Shown: positions 41,299 through 52,200 of the stretch, piece by piece
How the letters are laid out: every line of letters begins with the position of its first letter
How positions within the stretch are numbered: the first letter of the stretch is position 1
Source of the DNA: Nitrospinaceae bacterium
Lineage (GTDB): Bacteria > Nitrospinota > Nitrospinia > Nitrospinales > Nitrospinaceae
Length of the DNA: 64,000 bases
NCBI GenBank assembly: GCA_965223665.1
Contig: OZ245011.1
Span: forward strand, 1,600,001-1,664,000
Reading direction: 5' to 3'
Translations under genes and position numbers: made by a program
Notes under the pieces: model-generated
The model's database searches: none
What the model saw: the letters and a program-made list of their open reading frames with translations, nothing else
What the model was told of the DNA's origin: nothing

Positions 41299-41361
41299 TT
41301 TTATAAGAAACCGCAGTTATTGAAATTTCATTTAGAGGGCACACACCCCAAGGAGGATCGA

Positions 41362-42042
41362 ATGGAAAGAGATGAATTGCAACAGCATATCTATTCCACC
41401 TATGTTAACCAACGCCACGGGATGGCCTTGATCACTTTAGTTTTTCCGGCGCTACTTTATATCGTGGGGAAGTTTAACGGCATCCCATTGGAAAATTCGA
41501 TGAGCGCTTATTATTTTGCGCCGACCAGTAATCCGGTCGAGCAGGATTTCCCGGTGCGAGTCTGGTTCGTCGGAATCCTCTTTGCACTGGGAATTTTTTT
41601 CTATTTGTACAAAGGCTTTAGTGAAAAAGAAAACATTGCCCTGAACCTTGCCGGAGTGTTTGCCATAGGCGTAGCTATTTTTCCCATGGACAGACCTCCC
41701 GGAGATGAAAGCACCTGGTTCTCGATGCATGGGTTTAGCGCTGTCATGGTTTTCGTTTGTATCGCGTTCGTCAGTATCTGGTGCGCCAAAGATACGTTGT
41801 ACCTGTTAAAAGACGAAGCATTGGAAAACCGCTACAAAAAAATCTATGCGACTTTAGGTGGACTGATGGTCGCTTCCCCGGTGATCGCATTCATACTGAC
41901 TTTAGTATTCCAGAAACAGCCCAGTTATATTTTCTTTGTAGAAGCCGCCGGAGTCTGGACCTTTGCCGCCTATTGGTCCGTCAAAAGTACCGAGCTTGAA
42001 AAATCCAGCGCCGAACAACGCGCCCTCGCTAAAGAGATTTAG
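41362..42042 (+). CDS. Multi-pass membrane protein, DUF998-like
   Basis: RBS AAGGAGG, about 6 TM, SMSAYY, MHGFSA and FVEAAG. Confidence 0.75.
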   Translation: MERDELQQHIYSTYVNQRHGMALITLVFPALLYIVGKFNGIPLENSMSAYYFAPTSNPVEQDFPVRVWFVGILFALGIFFYLYKGFSEKENIALNLAGVFAIGVAIFPMDRPPGDESTWFSMHGFSAVMVFVCIAFVSIWCAKDTLYLLKDEALENRYKKIYATLGGLMVASPVIAFILTLVFQKQPSYIFFVEAAGVWTFAAYWSVKSTELEKSSAEQRALAKEI

Positions 42043-42257
42043 CCTGCTACTGGATAACCAGAATCTTTTCTATAACTTGCAGGGAAGATTAGATTAGATA
42101 ACCTTCCCTCCATCCTGGAAAAATACTTCCTTAATTCCTAAATTCAGGGAGATAATCAACGAATATCCGTATTGCGCTTCTTTACCATTCCGAATATAAT
42201 TCTTCAAAAAAACAAAACATAACTAAGGTAATTCTAGGCCTCACATCGAGAGAGCAA

Positions 42258-45200
42258 ATGAGTTTTGAAGATAAAATCCAACAAATTTCTGAAAAAGAGT
42301 TTACGCAATTAGCTCGGGAAGGAAAGTTTAAGGAAACCACAAACCTGGCTCTTTTTCCAGCATGGTTAAATCTAAATTTATTAACTGAAGATGAAATCCA
42401 AGAATTCCCAAAAGAGATTAGAAGTGCTGAAACGATCTATCAATTGGATGGATTGAAAGATTGGTCTATTTTCAATTCACACAATTTTTCTTTAATTACA
42501 ACACTTTCATTAGTTGATTTAAGACTAGACACTATAGGGATTGATTATCTTGCACAACTCGAAAATCTGACTTCACTTGTTCTTGCAGGTAAACAAATAG
42601 GCGATGCAGGATCCCAGCATCTTGCAAAACTTACCAACCTCGATTCTCTCCTTCTTTACAATAATCGAATCGGCGATACCGGAGCCAAGTACCTGGCACA
42701 ACTCGAAAACCTCACTTCTCTGCATCTTAATAACAACCAAATCGGCGAGGCAGGAGCCCAATACCTGGCACATCTCCAAAACCTGCAAATCCTCGACCTG
42801 GGACACAATGAAATCGGCGAGGCAGGAGCTAAGCACCTGGCACAACTCACCAACCTCAATTCCCTTAATCTTGCGCACAACCAAATCGGCGATGCCGGAG
42901 CCCAATACCTGGCACATCTCCAAAACCTGCAAATCCTCGACCTGGGACACAATGAAATCGGCAATGCCGGAGCCCAGCACCTGGCACAACTCACCAACCT
43001 CAATTCACTTGATCTTAGATACAACCAAATCGGCGAGGCAGGAGCCCAATACCTGGCACATCTCCAAAACCTGCAAATCCTCGACCTGGGACACAATGAA
43101 ATCGGCAATGCCGGAGCCCAGCACCTGGCCAAACTCAAAAACCTTGTTTCACTTGATCTTTACAAAAATAAAATTGGCGAAACCGGAGCTAAGCACCTGG
43201 CACAACTCACCAACCTCAATTCCCTTAATCTTGCGCACAACCAAATCGGAGAGGCCGGAGCCGAGCACCTGGCACAACTCAAAAACCTCAATTCACTTAA
43301 TCTTACATACAACCGAATCGGCGAAGCGGGAGCCGAACACCTGGCCAAACTCAAAAATCTTATTTCACTTGATCTTGGATCAAACCAAATCGACGATGCA
43401 GGAGCCGAGCACCTGGCACAACTTGAAAACCTCACTTCTCTGCATCTTAATAGCAACCAAATCGGCGTTGCCGGAGCTGAGCACCTGGCAAAACTCGCCA
43501 ACCTCCATTCACTTAATCTTGCATACAACCAAATCGGCGAGGCCGGAGCCGAGCACCTGGCACAACTCAAAAACCTCAATTCACTTAATCTTACATACAA
43601 CCGAATCGGCGAAGCGGGAGCCGAACACCTGGCCAAACTCAAAAATCTTATTTCACTTGATCTTGGATCAAACCAAATCGACGATGCAGGAGCCGAGCAC
43701 CTGGCACAACTTGAAAACCTTACCTCACTTACTCTTGTAAATAACCGAATCGGCAAGACCGGAACCCAACACTTGGGACAACTGAAAAACCTTATTTCAC
43801 TTGATCTTGGATCAAACCAAATCGACGATGCAGGAGCCGAGCACCTGGCACAACTCAAAAACCTTATTTCACTTAATCTTAGTAACAACCAAATCGACGA
43901 TGCAGGAGCCGAGCACTTGGCACAACTCAAAAACCTTATTTCACTTAATCTTAGAAACAACCAAATCGGCGATGTCGGAATGAAATCTCTATCCAACTTG
44001 AATCAACTCGCTGAACTCAACCTGGTCGATAACAAAATCAGTGACCTAACTCCACTAAGAAGCATTATTGAAAAAGGTATACCGGTTGAATGGGACGAAT
44101 ACGGCATGGGAATTTTAGTTGTAAACTGTCCGCTAAAACATCCACCGCCGGAAGTCGTTCAATCAGGTCACGATGCGGTTTTAAATTATTTCCGTGAAAT
44201 CGACGCGCAAGGAAAAGATCAGCTTTACGAGGCAAAGGTGTTATTGGTGGGCGAAGGCCGTTCCGGAAAAACCAGTTTGATGCGGCGATTGTATTATCCC
44301 GATCTTCCATTGCCTGAGGAAGATGAAACGACTAAGGGGATTCATATTCATCCACAGGAATTTCCTATGGCCAATGGACGAAATTTTCGTCTTAACGTTT
44401 GGGATTTTGGGGGACAACAGATTTACCACGCTACGCATCAGTTTTTTCTTACCAAACGTTCCCTCTACATACTTTTGGACGATACAGCAAAGGACGATAA
44501 AACGATTCATGATCCTGTATTTAAGTATTGGCTGGGGGTGGTAGAACTGCTTGGCGAGAAAAGTCCTCTATTGATTTTTCAAAATGAAAAAGGTGACCGA
44601 AGTAAGGACATTGATATTAGTGGAATTAAGAATCGGTTTCCGAATGTAAAAGAGGTTTATCACGGCAATTTAAAGTATAAAAAATCTGTTGAGGAGTTAA
44701 ACCAATCCATTCAGTTTTTTGTACAGAAACTTCCACATATCGGCGATGAAGTTCCCGCCAAGTGGGTTTCGATTCGGGATGAAATTGAAACTATTGCCAA
44801 GAATAATGCCTGCATCACTGAGAATGAATATTTTGAAATCTATGGGAAACATCTTGAGTTTGATCGGGACAAAGCCAGGCACTTGAGTCAATACCTGCAT
44901 GACCTGGGAGTATTCCTGCATTTCCAGGATAAGGATTTGTTACAGCGTATTGTCATTTTGCAAAACGAGTGGGCCACCGCCGCAGTGTTTCGGATCCTTG
45001 ACGATATGCAGACTAAAGTCAACTTGGGACGGTTCACCGATGCAGATTGTGAGAGGATCTGGGGCGATTCCCAGTATGCCGACATGCATCCGGAACTTCG
45101 AGCACTGATGGAGAATTTCGAGCTCTGCTATAAGTTACCTGATAAAGAACCCACCACCTGGCTGGCTCCGCAGTTGCTACCGGCTTCAATGCCTGAATCG

Positions 45201-46268
45201 TTAGCAGATTGGGGACAGGTCGGTGATTTGGTGCTGAGTTATTGTTATGACTTTCTTCCTCGAGGACTTGTCAACCGCCTGATGGTACGGATGCATCATT
45301 TCGTTAAGCAACCGGAATTGGCCTGGACTGATGGAGCGTTATTTCAGCATGAAGACAGTCAACTATTGATCAAGACTACTATTCGAGGAGACGAGTTAGT
45401 ATTACGCGCTCGCGGCCCTCAACGTAAAGAGTTGATGAGCGTGATTTCCAGCGACCTTGATACCTTAAACACCACTTATGGAGATTTAAAAAAGAAAGTA
45501 AACAAACGAGTGCCCTGCATTTGTCCCAAATGCCTTAATTCATCCGAACCTCATTTGTATGAGGAGAAAAAACTTTTAAATCGAAAGGAGAAAAACAAAC
45601 TCACCATTGAATGCGAAGAAAGCTTTGAAGATGTGAAAGTATTAGAGTTGCTCGACGGCCTCAAGCTTGACAAACTTCCCCCCTGGGCAGAGGATCCTTC
45701 TAAAAAGTCACCGGAGGATCAAAATAAAAATGGCTCCATGGAAAACCGTTCACCTAAAAGTTCATCTACCGCTTCACTCAAGACTATTAGAATTTTCCTC
45801 GCATCCTCCAAAGAACTTGCAGAAGAACGCGACGCTTTTGAATTGTATTTTCGTCAGCAAAATGATTCTTTCCGTGATAAGGGATATTATCTAGAAATCA
45901 TTCGTTGGGAAAATTCTATTGAATCAATATCAGAAACGCGAATGCAAGATGAATATAATAAAAAGATAAAAGCATCCCATCTTTTTGTGAGTCTATTTTC
46001 TACAAAAGCCGGCAAATACACAGTAGAGGAATTTGAAGTAGCCCATCAGAACTTCAAAGAAAATGGAAAACCAAAAGTGTATACGTATTTCAAAAACTCG
46101 CAAGTTAATATGGAAGATGCTGATCGAGAAGCATTAAATTCCTTTTGGGCGTTCAAGGATAAACTCATTGAACTGGAGCACTTTTACTCAACCTACAATG
46201 ACATTGAGCACCTGAAACTAAAATTTTCTGATCAACTGCAAAAGTTGATGAATGAAGGTTTGATCTAA
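42258..46268 (+). CDS. Roco protein: LRR + Roc GTPase + COR + C-terminal DUF4062/TIR-like domain
   Basis: 24-aa LRRs, P-loop GEGRSGKTS, WDFGGQQIYHATHQFFL, LHDLGVFLHF and C-terminal IRIFLASSKELAEER..YTVEEF. Confidence 0.92.
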   Translation: MSFEDKIQQISEKEFTQLAREGKFKETTNLALFPAWLNLNLLTEDEIQEFPKEIRSAETIYQLDGLKDWSIFNSHNFSLITTLSLVDLRLDTIGIDYLAQLENLTSLVLAGKQIGDAGSQHLAKLTNLDSLLLYNNRIGDTGAKYLAQLENLTSLHLNNNQIGEAGAQYLAHLQNLQILDLGHNEIGEAGAKHLAQLTNLNSLNLAHNQIGDAGAQYLAHLQNLQILDLGHNEIGNAGAQHLAQLTNLNSLDLRYNQIGEAGAQYLAHLQNLQILDLGHNEIGNAGAQHLAKLKNLVSLDLYKNKIGETGAKHLAQLTNLNSLNLAHNQIGEAGAEHLAQLKNLNSLNLTYNRIGEAGAEHLAKLKNLISLDLGSNQIDDAGAEHLAQLENLTSLHLNSNQIGVAGAEHLAKLANLHSLNLAYNQIGEAGAEHLAQLKNLNSLNLTYNRIGEAGAEHLAKLKNLISLDLGSNQIDDAGAEHLAQLENLTSLTLVNNRIGKTGTQHLGQLKNLISLDLGSNQIDDAGAEHLAQLKNLISLNLSNNQIDDAGAEHLAQLKNLISLNLRNNQIGDVGMKSLSNLNQLAELNLVDNKISDLTPLRSIIEKGIPVEWDEYGMGILVVNCPLKHPPPEVVQSGHDAVLNYFREIDAQGKDQLYEAKVLLVGEGRSGKTSLMRRLYYPDLPLPEEDETTKGIHIHPQEFPMANGRNFRLNVWDFGGQQIYHATHQFFLTKRSLYILLDDTAKDDKTIHDPVFKYWLGVVELLGEKSPLLIFQNEKGDRSKDIDISGIKNRFPNVKEVYHGNLKYKKSVEELNQSIQFFVQKLPHIGDEVPAKWVSIRDEIETIAKNNACITENEYFEIYGKHLEFDRDKARHLSQYLHDLGVFLHFQDKDLLQRIVILQNEWATAAVFRILDDMQTKVNLGRFTDADCERIWGDSQYADMHPELRALMENFELCYKLPDKEPTTWLAPQLLPASMPESLADWGQVGDLVLSYCYDFLPRGLVNRLMVRMHHFVKQPELAWTDGALFQHEDSQLLIKTTIRGDELVLRARGPQRKELMSVISSDLDTLNTTYGDLKKKVNKRVPCICPKCLNSSEPHLYEEKKLLNRKEKNKLTIECEESFEDVKVLELLDGLKLDKLPPWAEDPSKKSPEDQNKNGSMENRSPKSSSTASLKTIRIFLASSKELAEERDAFELYFRQQNDSFRDKGYYLEIIRWENSIESISETRMQDEYNKKIKASHLFVSLFSTKAGKYTVEEFEVAHQNFKENGKPKVYTYFKNSQVNMEDADREALNSFWAFKDKLIELEHFYSTYNDIEHLKLKFSDQLQKLMNEGLI
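42558..43997 (+). repeat. 20 tandem 72-bp LRR-coding repeats
   Basis: Unit of the form LxNLxSLxLxxNxIGxAGAxHLAx, with several units near-identical in DNA. Confidence 0.95.
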
Positions 46269-46303
46269 ACGCGATTCAAATTTACGGAATCATAAAATGC
46301 AAC

Positions 46304-47224
46304 CTAATTGTTAAGGCCCATTTTTTGTTGGGTTTCGAGGATTTTTTGAGTGGCGCGGGTGTAGGGTTCGATGGCGTTGGCTTTTTCCCACATTTCAATG
46401 GCTTCCCGGTAACGTTTCTGGCCGACCAGAAAGTCCGCATAATTGTCGTACATCCATTTGTTCTCGGGATTATTTTTTATGTTCAGTTTTAACAGTTCCT
46501 CTTTTTTACCCAAGTCTTCCAGATAGACCGCCACTCTCTGTCGATGTGCGTTCACAATGATATGATGAAACTTAAACTTCACGCGTTTTTCAGCTTCTTT
46601 AAAATGATGCAGCGCGTCGTCCCACTGATGCAGCTTTTCATACAAAATGCCTTTGAAGTACCAGGGATAAAAACTTTTTTTGTTCAAATCCATCGCTTCA
46701 TCTAATGAAGCTTCCGCCTTATCATAAGCTTCCAAAAGAATCATCAACCGTCCAAAATGCGCATGCGTCTGGCTTTCCTCGCTATCCACTTGAACCGCCT
46801 TTTCCGCCAACTCGCCGGCTCTGTAGACGCTATCCTTATCGAAATTACTCATGCTGTACCAATCCCGACCGCCATACCCTTTCACAATAAAATACAGGGA
46901 AGATGCCAGGTACACCCACGGATCGTTCGGATCCTGCTTCTCCGCTTCTTCAATTTTGGAAACAGCGTCCTGAATTTTTCTCCAATTGAACACATTACCT
47001 TCGATTTGATAATACGCTTCCTGTGCCAAAGAGTGATCATGGGAATCAGCTTCAGCTACTGCACTCAAGCAAGACGCCTTCATACCCACAAATACATTTC
47101 CCACGGCAATACTACCCAGAAGCGTTGCTGTTAATATTGGTAAATGTAATTTGTTTATCATGATGTATCCTTTAAATCGTTCGATTAAACCGTTACAAAA
47201 AATCCAGCGCACAGAGGTGGTCAA
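46304..47224 (-). CDS. TPR-repeat exported protein
   Basis: TPR helices such as YPWYFKGILYEKL. True start probably later (MINKL). Confidence 0.8.
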   Translation of the reverse strand: MTTSVRWIFCNGLIERFKGYIMINKLHLPILTATLLGSIAVGNVFVGMKASCLSAVAEADSHDHSLAQEAYYQIEGNVFNWRKIQDAVSKIEEAEKQDPNDPWVYLASSLYFIVKGYGGRDWYSMSNFDKDSVYRAGELAEKAVQVDSEESQTHAHFGRLMILLEAYDKAEASLDEAMDLNKKSFYPWYFKGILYEKLHQWDDALHHFKEAEKRVKFKFHHIIVNAHRQRVAVYLEDLGKKEELLKLNIKNNPENKWMYDNYADFLVGQKRYREAIEMWEKANAIEPYTRATQKILETQQKMGLNN

Positions 47225-47825
47225 AGAAAGCTCGCTTGTTCATGGCGCTTTCCTTTGGAAACTGGCCCATCAAAGTTTCGTAAGCCTTAATTAATTTATT
47301 ATGAGAACTGAGGACCAGCGGATGCCGAGTATACATTTTTTTAAACTCTTGTTTCTTTGACATGGGTGCAATAGCCCATTGATTCAACAATTGCTTCTGC
47401 TCTTCAATCGCTTCCAGCACCAGTCGATGTACGTTCTTTAACGATGTCGGCGTCGGAAGGGTTTTTAGCTTTCGCAGCAATGGATTGATTTTCCGATTGT
47501 ACGCAGACTTTCCTGCATCGCCTTTTCCTTTAAAGTAATAGAGCTGGGATAAATGCTCCAGACGAGCTACCATCGCGTCATCAGTAATCATAAACATCTT
47601 TTTCAGGAACATTTTATTCTGACCGGAGACCCTGGAGGTAATCTTATCAAATGTAGTTTGCCGATGCGGAATCGATCGATACGCCTGATCCACAGACATG
47701 GCCTGCCCCTGTGAAACCACAATGAACCCCAATAAAATAAATCCTGTTAAACTTTTTAGCTTCATGATGTCCTCCCTGAACGTTCCATTAACACTTGCGG
47801 GACCATGGGTAATAAATCGGTCCAT
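47193..47825 (-). CDS. Exported helical hypothetical protein
   Basis: Signal peptide from MKLKS (47765). C-terminal DHLCALDF. Confidence 0.7.
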   Translation of the reverse strand: MDRFITHGPASVNGTFREDIMKLKSLTGFILLGFIVVSQGQAMSVDQAYRSIPHRQTTFDKITSRVSGQNKMFLKKMFMITDDAMVARLEHLSQLYYFKGKGDAGKSAYNRKINPLLRKLKTLPTPTSLKNVHRLVLEAIEEQKQLLNQWAIAPMSKKQEFKKMYTRHPLVLSSHNKLIKAYETLMGQFPKESAMNKRAFFDHLCALDFL

Positions 47826-48436
47826 AAATTATGCTTCGGGTTGTGACCGGTAGCGTCTGATCGCAATTGAAATTCTTTATCAATTAACTGGTAACCCGGA
47901 ATTAAATCGTAGCTGGCCTGACTCCGCATATCTTTTGCGGGAATAACCACGAAATGATTGTTCTTACTTTCCATTCCAAAATGTTTGGCCCAGCCCTTCG
48001 CATCCTCTACCGTGGGATGCCCCAACTTTAAGTCGTATAGAAGAAACTCTACCAGCACAATACCTTCATCCTCCAAACGCAAACCGCCGGTATACGATTT
48101 AAAATATCCCTCAAAATCTTCCAGGCCGTTTTGTGGTTTGATGTTGCCATACGATCCCTTTTTATGCGCGCCGGCGAATGATTGACACGCCGGACAGTTC
48201 ATTCCGATCGGTTCGATTAAGATGACTTTGCCTTTAAACCGCGACAGATTCCATTGGTTGCCATCCTGATCGATAAACTCAAGATCCGGATACGTGCTGC
48301 CAATCTGAGGGGGCCAATTGGTAAAGTTACTTTTTGGAACCGCGGTGTTCTTTTTAGAATATCCCCAGTTATAACCAATGCTGATGAGAGCCAGAACCAA
48401 GAAGCCCAAAAATACTTCCCATTTAACGCTTCGCAT
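47762..48436 (-). CDS. Membrane-anchored thioredoxin-fold (redoxin-like) protein
   Basis: YPDLEFIDQDG..LSRFKGKVILIE..CPAC. Confidence 0.75.
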   Translation of the reverse strand: MRSVKWEVFLGFLVLALISIGYNWGYSKKNTAVPKSNFTNWPPQIGSTYPDLEFIDQDGNQWNLSRFKGKVILIEPIGMNCPACQSFAGAHKKGSYGNIKPQNGLEDFEGYFKSYTGGLRLEDEGIVLVEFLLYDLKLGHPTVEDAKGWAKHFGMESKNNHFVVIPAKDMRSQASYDLIPGYQLIDKEFQLRSDATGHNPKHNLWTDLLPMVPQVLMERSGRTS

Positions 48437-49202
48437 GGTGAATCTCCTTAATTAATTTTTTTGCTTCTTTCCAATTGCGGTGTTTGGGATTCTTTTTTAT
48501 AAACTCTTCCAATGAAACTCGTGCCAGCTCAACCATCCCGGCATCCAAATAACTTTTTCCAAGCCAGTACCTGGCGTTTCCGTGATTGGGTTCCTTTTTT
48601 AAAACTTTTAGAAATTCGGGAAAGGCTTTCCAATATTCTCCGTTGTAGTAAAACCCCATTCCCTGAATCATATGCTGGTTCACTTCCGGATATTTGTCTG
48701 CTCTTAAATCCAGAAATGAAGAAGGACCGAATCGGTCCAATTGCTCCACAATTCGCTTTGCATAGGTTTGGCAGCCCTCCGCCAAAGATTCAATCGGCAT
48801 TTGCAGCGTCTCGGTAGCCACCAAGCGGGTGGATTCGGTTTCATAAACCAGGGTTTGCACCTCGACTTTTTTCCGGTCCACCCAAAAGTTCCCTGCCAGA
48901 ATATAACGGGCGGCAGCCAGGCGACCAATCTTTGCCATTGTTTCCTTATCCATCGAAGCTTCGTAACGCAACCCTTGCTCGCGGATTAAAGCATCCATAT
49001 AGTCGCGATCCAATATCTTTATTGATTTTGAATGCGAGGACAGACACACCTGCAAAATATCCGGAATGCCCTCAGCCAGAGTTTGATGATTTTGCTCCAC
49101 CGACATGGCATTGAAAGGAAGTATCATCAAAGATATTTTTTGTTGAGGCAGAGCCTGCGCGGTGCTGTGAATCAGAAGTATCACAAATAATAATGCCCTC
49201 AC
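48423..49202 (-). CDS. CsgG/TolB-N-like domain + TPR protein
   Basis: ILPF..LAEGIPD..ILDR..IGRLAAARYILAG, then TPRs. Confidence 0.75.
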   Translation of the reverse strand: MRALLFVILLIHSTAQALPQQKISLMILPFNAMSVEQNHQTLAEGIPDILQVCLSSHSKSIKILDRDYMDALIREQGLRYEASMDKETMAKIGRLAAARYILAGNFWVDRKKVEVQTLVYETESTRLVATETLQMPIESLAEGCQTYAKRIVEQLDRFGPSSFLDLRADKYPEVNQHMIQGMGFYYNGEYWKAFPEFLKVLKKEPNHGNARYWLGKSYLDAGMVELARVSLEEFIKKNPKHRNWKEAKKLIKEIHHAKR

Positions 49203-52200
49203 GGTTCCCTCCGATCCAACTTATAAACCCCGTCGTACCAGGTTCCAACCCATACCCGCCCCTGCCTGTCGATATCCAGCGCACTGGGTGTATCGATAAA
49301 CCGCTGCGGTGGATTGTACAGCGTGTTGTTCACTCCATCAAAATAACCAATGCCATAAGAACGCGCCTGACCATCGGCCCCATACCAAACCCCCTTTTCC
49401 GGGGCGGAGATCAACATTCCAATGCGGTCATAAACAATGCTTGAATTTTTCGGTGAGAACATTTTCCACTTACTATTTTTGAAACGAGCCAAACCTTTAC
49501 CATCCACAGCCGCCCAAAGGCTGCCTTTGGCATCCACCGTCAAATCGTTCACTCGTCCATGAAAAACACCAATGGACGCAGGTTCCTTGTTTCCGATTTG
49601 ATGGATACTTCCTTCTTCCGTTCCTACTGTAAAGTTACCCCTAACCCTTTCAGTAAGCGCGGTGATGCCAGAGGGAAAAGTTTGACTCGTAGTAACCTGA
49701 TTATCTTTAAAATGTATGAACTGACCTTTCGTCGTCCCGACCAATAACCCGCCACTGGCTTCGGCGCATTTAATGACGGAGATGGCCCCTTGCGCTTGCG
49801 GAATACGCACGCGTTGAGTTATGAGCGGCTCAAAGGATCGAAACATTTTTGAGTTGACGCTGACTTTACCCACTTCCGGAACTTCATGAAACCGCGAGGA
49901 CACCCAGGCATGGTTATTCGAACAAGCCGCAATATCGGTAATAAAGTTATGAAAGAATCCGTTGGACACATCCTGCACAGAAAACGACTCCCCTTTCAAA
50001 CTCATGATGCCGCTTTCGATACCCCACCACACTCGTCCATTCGGTGCCAGGGCCAACGCCGTCACATCCGGAAGAATAAATCGTTTGTGCGCAAAAATTC
50101 GGTCCCACTGATTCCCCGAAAGATCCCGATCCGTTTCTGTATAGATAACTCCGTTGCCGGTATTTCCGGAATGCGTCGTGAAATTTTTGTACCGATAAAT
50201 CCCCACTCCCTGTTTTTGTTTGAGCGCTATAAGGTAATTGCCCTTGTCGACCGCGGTCACGGCAAACGGTTCCATCAACGCGCGACTGACTAAATCGAGT
50301 TTAGGCAGATTCACGTCGGGATCGAAATGCGCATATTGCAATCCATAAACATTATCCGAAAGCAGCAAAGTTAAACGTCCGTCCGATTTAGGAATCAATT
50401 GAAGAGAATGGACTTTGCTGGAGTCCTGATCACAGGCGCAATGCAGTTTGAACAACTTCTGTTTCCATTGGCGACCTTCATTGGAACTGTAAAGTTGTGG
50501 CCTGCCTTTACTTGAAAATAAGGCCAGTCGGTAAACGCCTTTTGCATCCTGCACCAGTGAAGGTCCATACACAGGACCGCGGGTAGAAATTTCTGCAACC
50601 TGTTCCCATTGTTTCAGGTCGGATGATTTTAAAACCACCAAACTGTTACTCACATAGGAATAGTAAGCCAATACCCATTGGCCTCGGCGGTTTTGCATCA
50701 CCGCGTATTCCAGGACACTTGGGATCGCTGATTGTGTGTTTCTTTTAAATTTAACTTTTTTTGCTTTGTCCACCACTTTAAGAAATGCATCTTTCCAGGT
50801 TCCCAGCTTTGATTTTGAAGCGAGCAATTGTGACATCGCTTTCCAGGGTTTATGCTTTTCCAAAGGTACGCGAACCGGAGGTGACCATTCGCCTTTTACC
50901 GGTAAGTAACTGGTCCATAACTCCCAATCTCTTCCTCGTTGCTGAGAAAGCCAGAACAATCGGAGACTGCCGTCTTCCGCCGGAACGAGTCGCGGATAAT
51001 ATTCTCCACTGGAAGAATTGAACGGTAACTTCATCGGCGGCGCCCAAAGCGCTCCGTCTTTACTTTGCGAATACCACAAATCACTTTCCGCATTATTCAA
51101 TGCTCCGGAAAGAGTGACCAAACCAATCCGTCCACTACGATCCATGGCCAGGGACATTTCTTTTTTTGGCATATAAAAATAATTATTACGGTTGCTGCCG
51201 GTGAACTTACCATCCGGAAAAGGAATCGTATTTAAATGAAGTGCTTCAGAATTCTTTTTTAGTTTCGCGGTGAGCGGAAGTGATTTTTTAAGGGGATTAC
51301 TTACTTTTTGAACATAGCCTTTGATCTCCCAATCCTTCACATTTCCGTTAGAGGCTCCTACTTCCACCACAATGATTTTGCGGTTGTCTCCATGAAACGT
51401 CACTTCTTTCCGCAAGGTGGTGAATTTAGTGGTCTGCCCGTAAAGCGTCCCCAACCAGGAGTTGGTAATTTCTCTCGGCAAAGGAAACGGATGCACCCGT
51501 ATTCGAAAACTGTCTCCCGATTGTCCACCGGACAACCCTTTCCTGAAAACTTTTCCGGTGACCTCCATCGCCACACCAGTCATTTCGTAACCGTGGGGAA
51601 CCGCCACCGCATAGTACCGTTCCTCCCATCCCTGGTGCGGTCGCACATCTTTAAAGAAAGGCTTTGTGGTTTTATGCCCGGTGAATTTCAAAAACGGTTT
51701 CTTTGGATCTAAAAGATATGCTCCCACCGGTAACCGAGGCAATCGTTTGCGATTTAAATTTTTAGTGAGATCCGGGACCATTGCTATCATTTGCCGGTCA
51801 GCTTCCCAATGCAATGTAGAAGCATGATGCCAGGTGAAGTAAGAAGAGTTGCGTGTGCCGGGCTTGCGATATTTTCTTCCTAAAGAATATTTTTTATAAA
51901 ATGTATTGACGCGTTGAAGCGCCTGATAGGCCTGCTTTTTCTGATTGCTATTGGAAAGGAGACCGCCTAACCGAAACCACGCTTCGATATTGTGCGAAGT
52001 GACCGGTTGTTTTTGCGAAAGCGTTTTGTAAATTTCAATCGCCTGCTTTCGGTCCATCAACCGTTGTTCCGTCAACAGCCCGGCAAACATCATAGCGTCT
52101 TGAGCTTCAACAGACGCCGGCGATTTTTTAAAAAGCTTTTTATAAATAAGAGCCGCTTCCTTGAGTTGCCCCTGAGCCTCCAAAGCCCGACCCATCCAGA

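Noticed and set aside
42573-43996. Long alternative-frame ORFs (378 aa +, 278/160/138 aa -) over the LRR region
   Set aside because: Shadows of a stop-free 72-bp tandem repeat.
42558-43997. Diversity-generating retroelement acting on the LRRs or FG-GAP paralogs
   Set aside because: No reverse transcriptase in the window, and differences are not confined to adenines.
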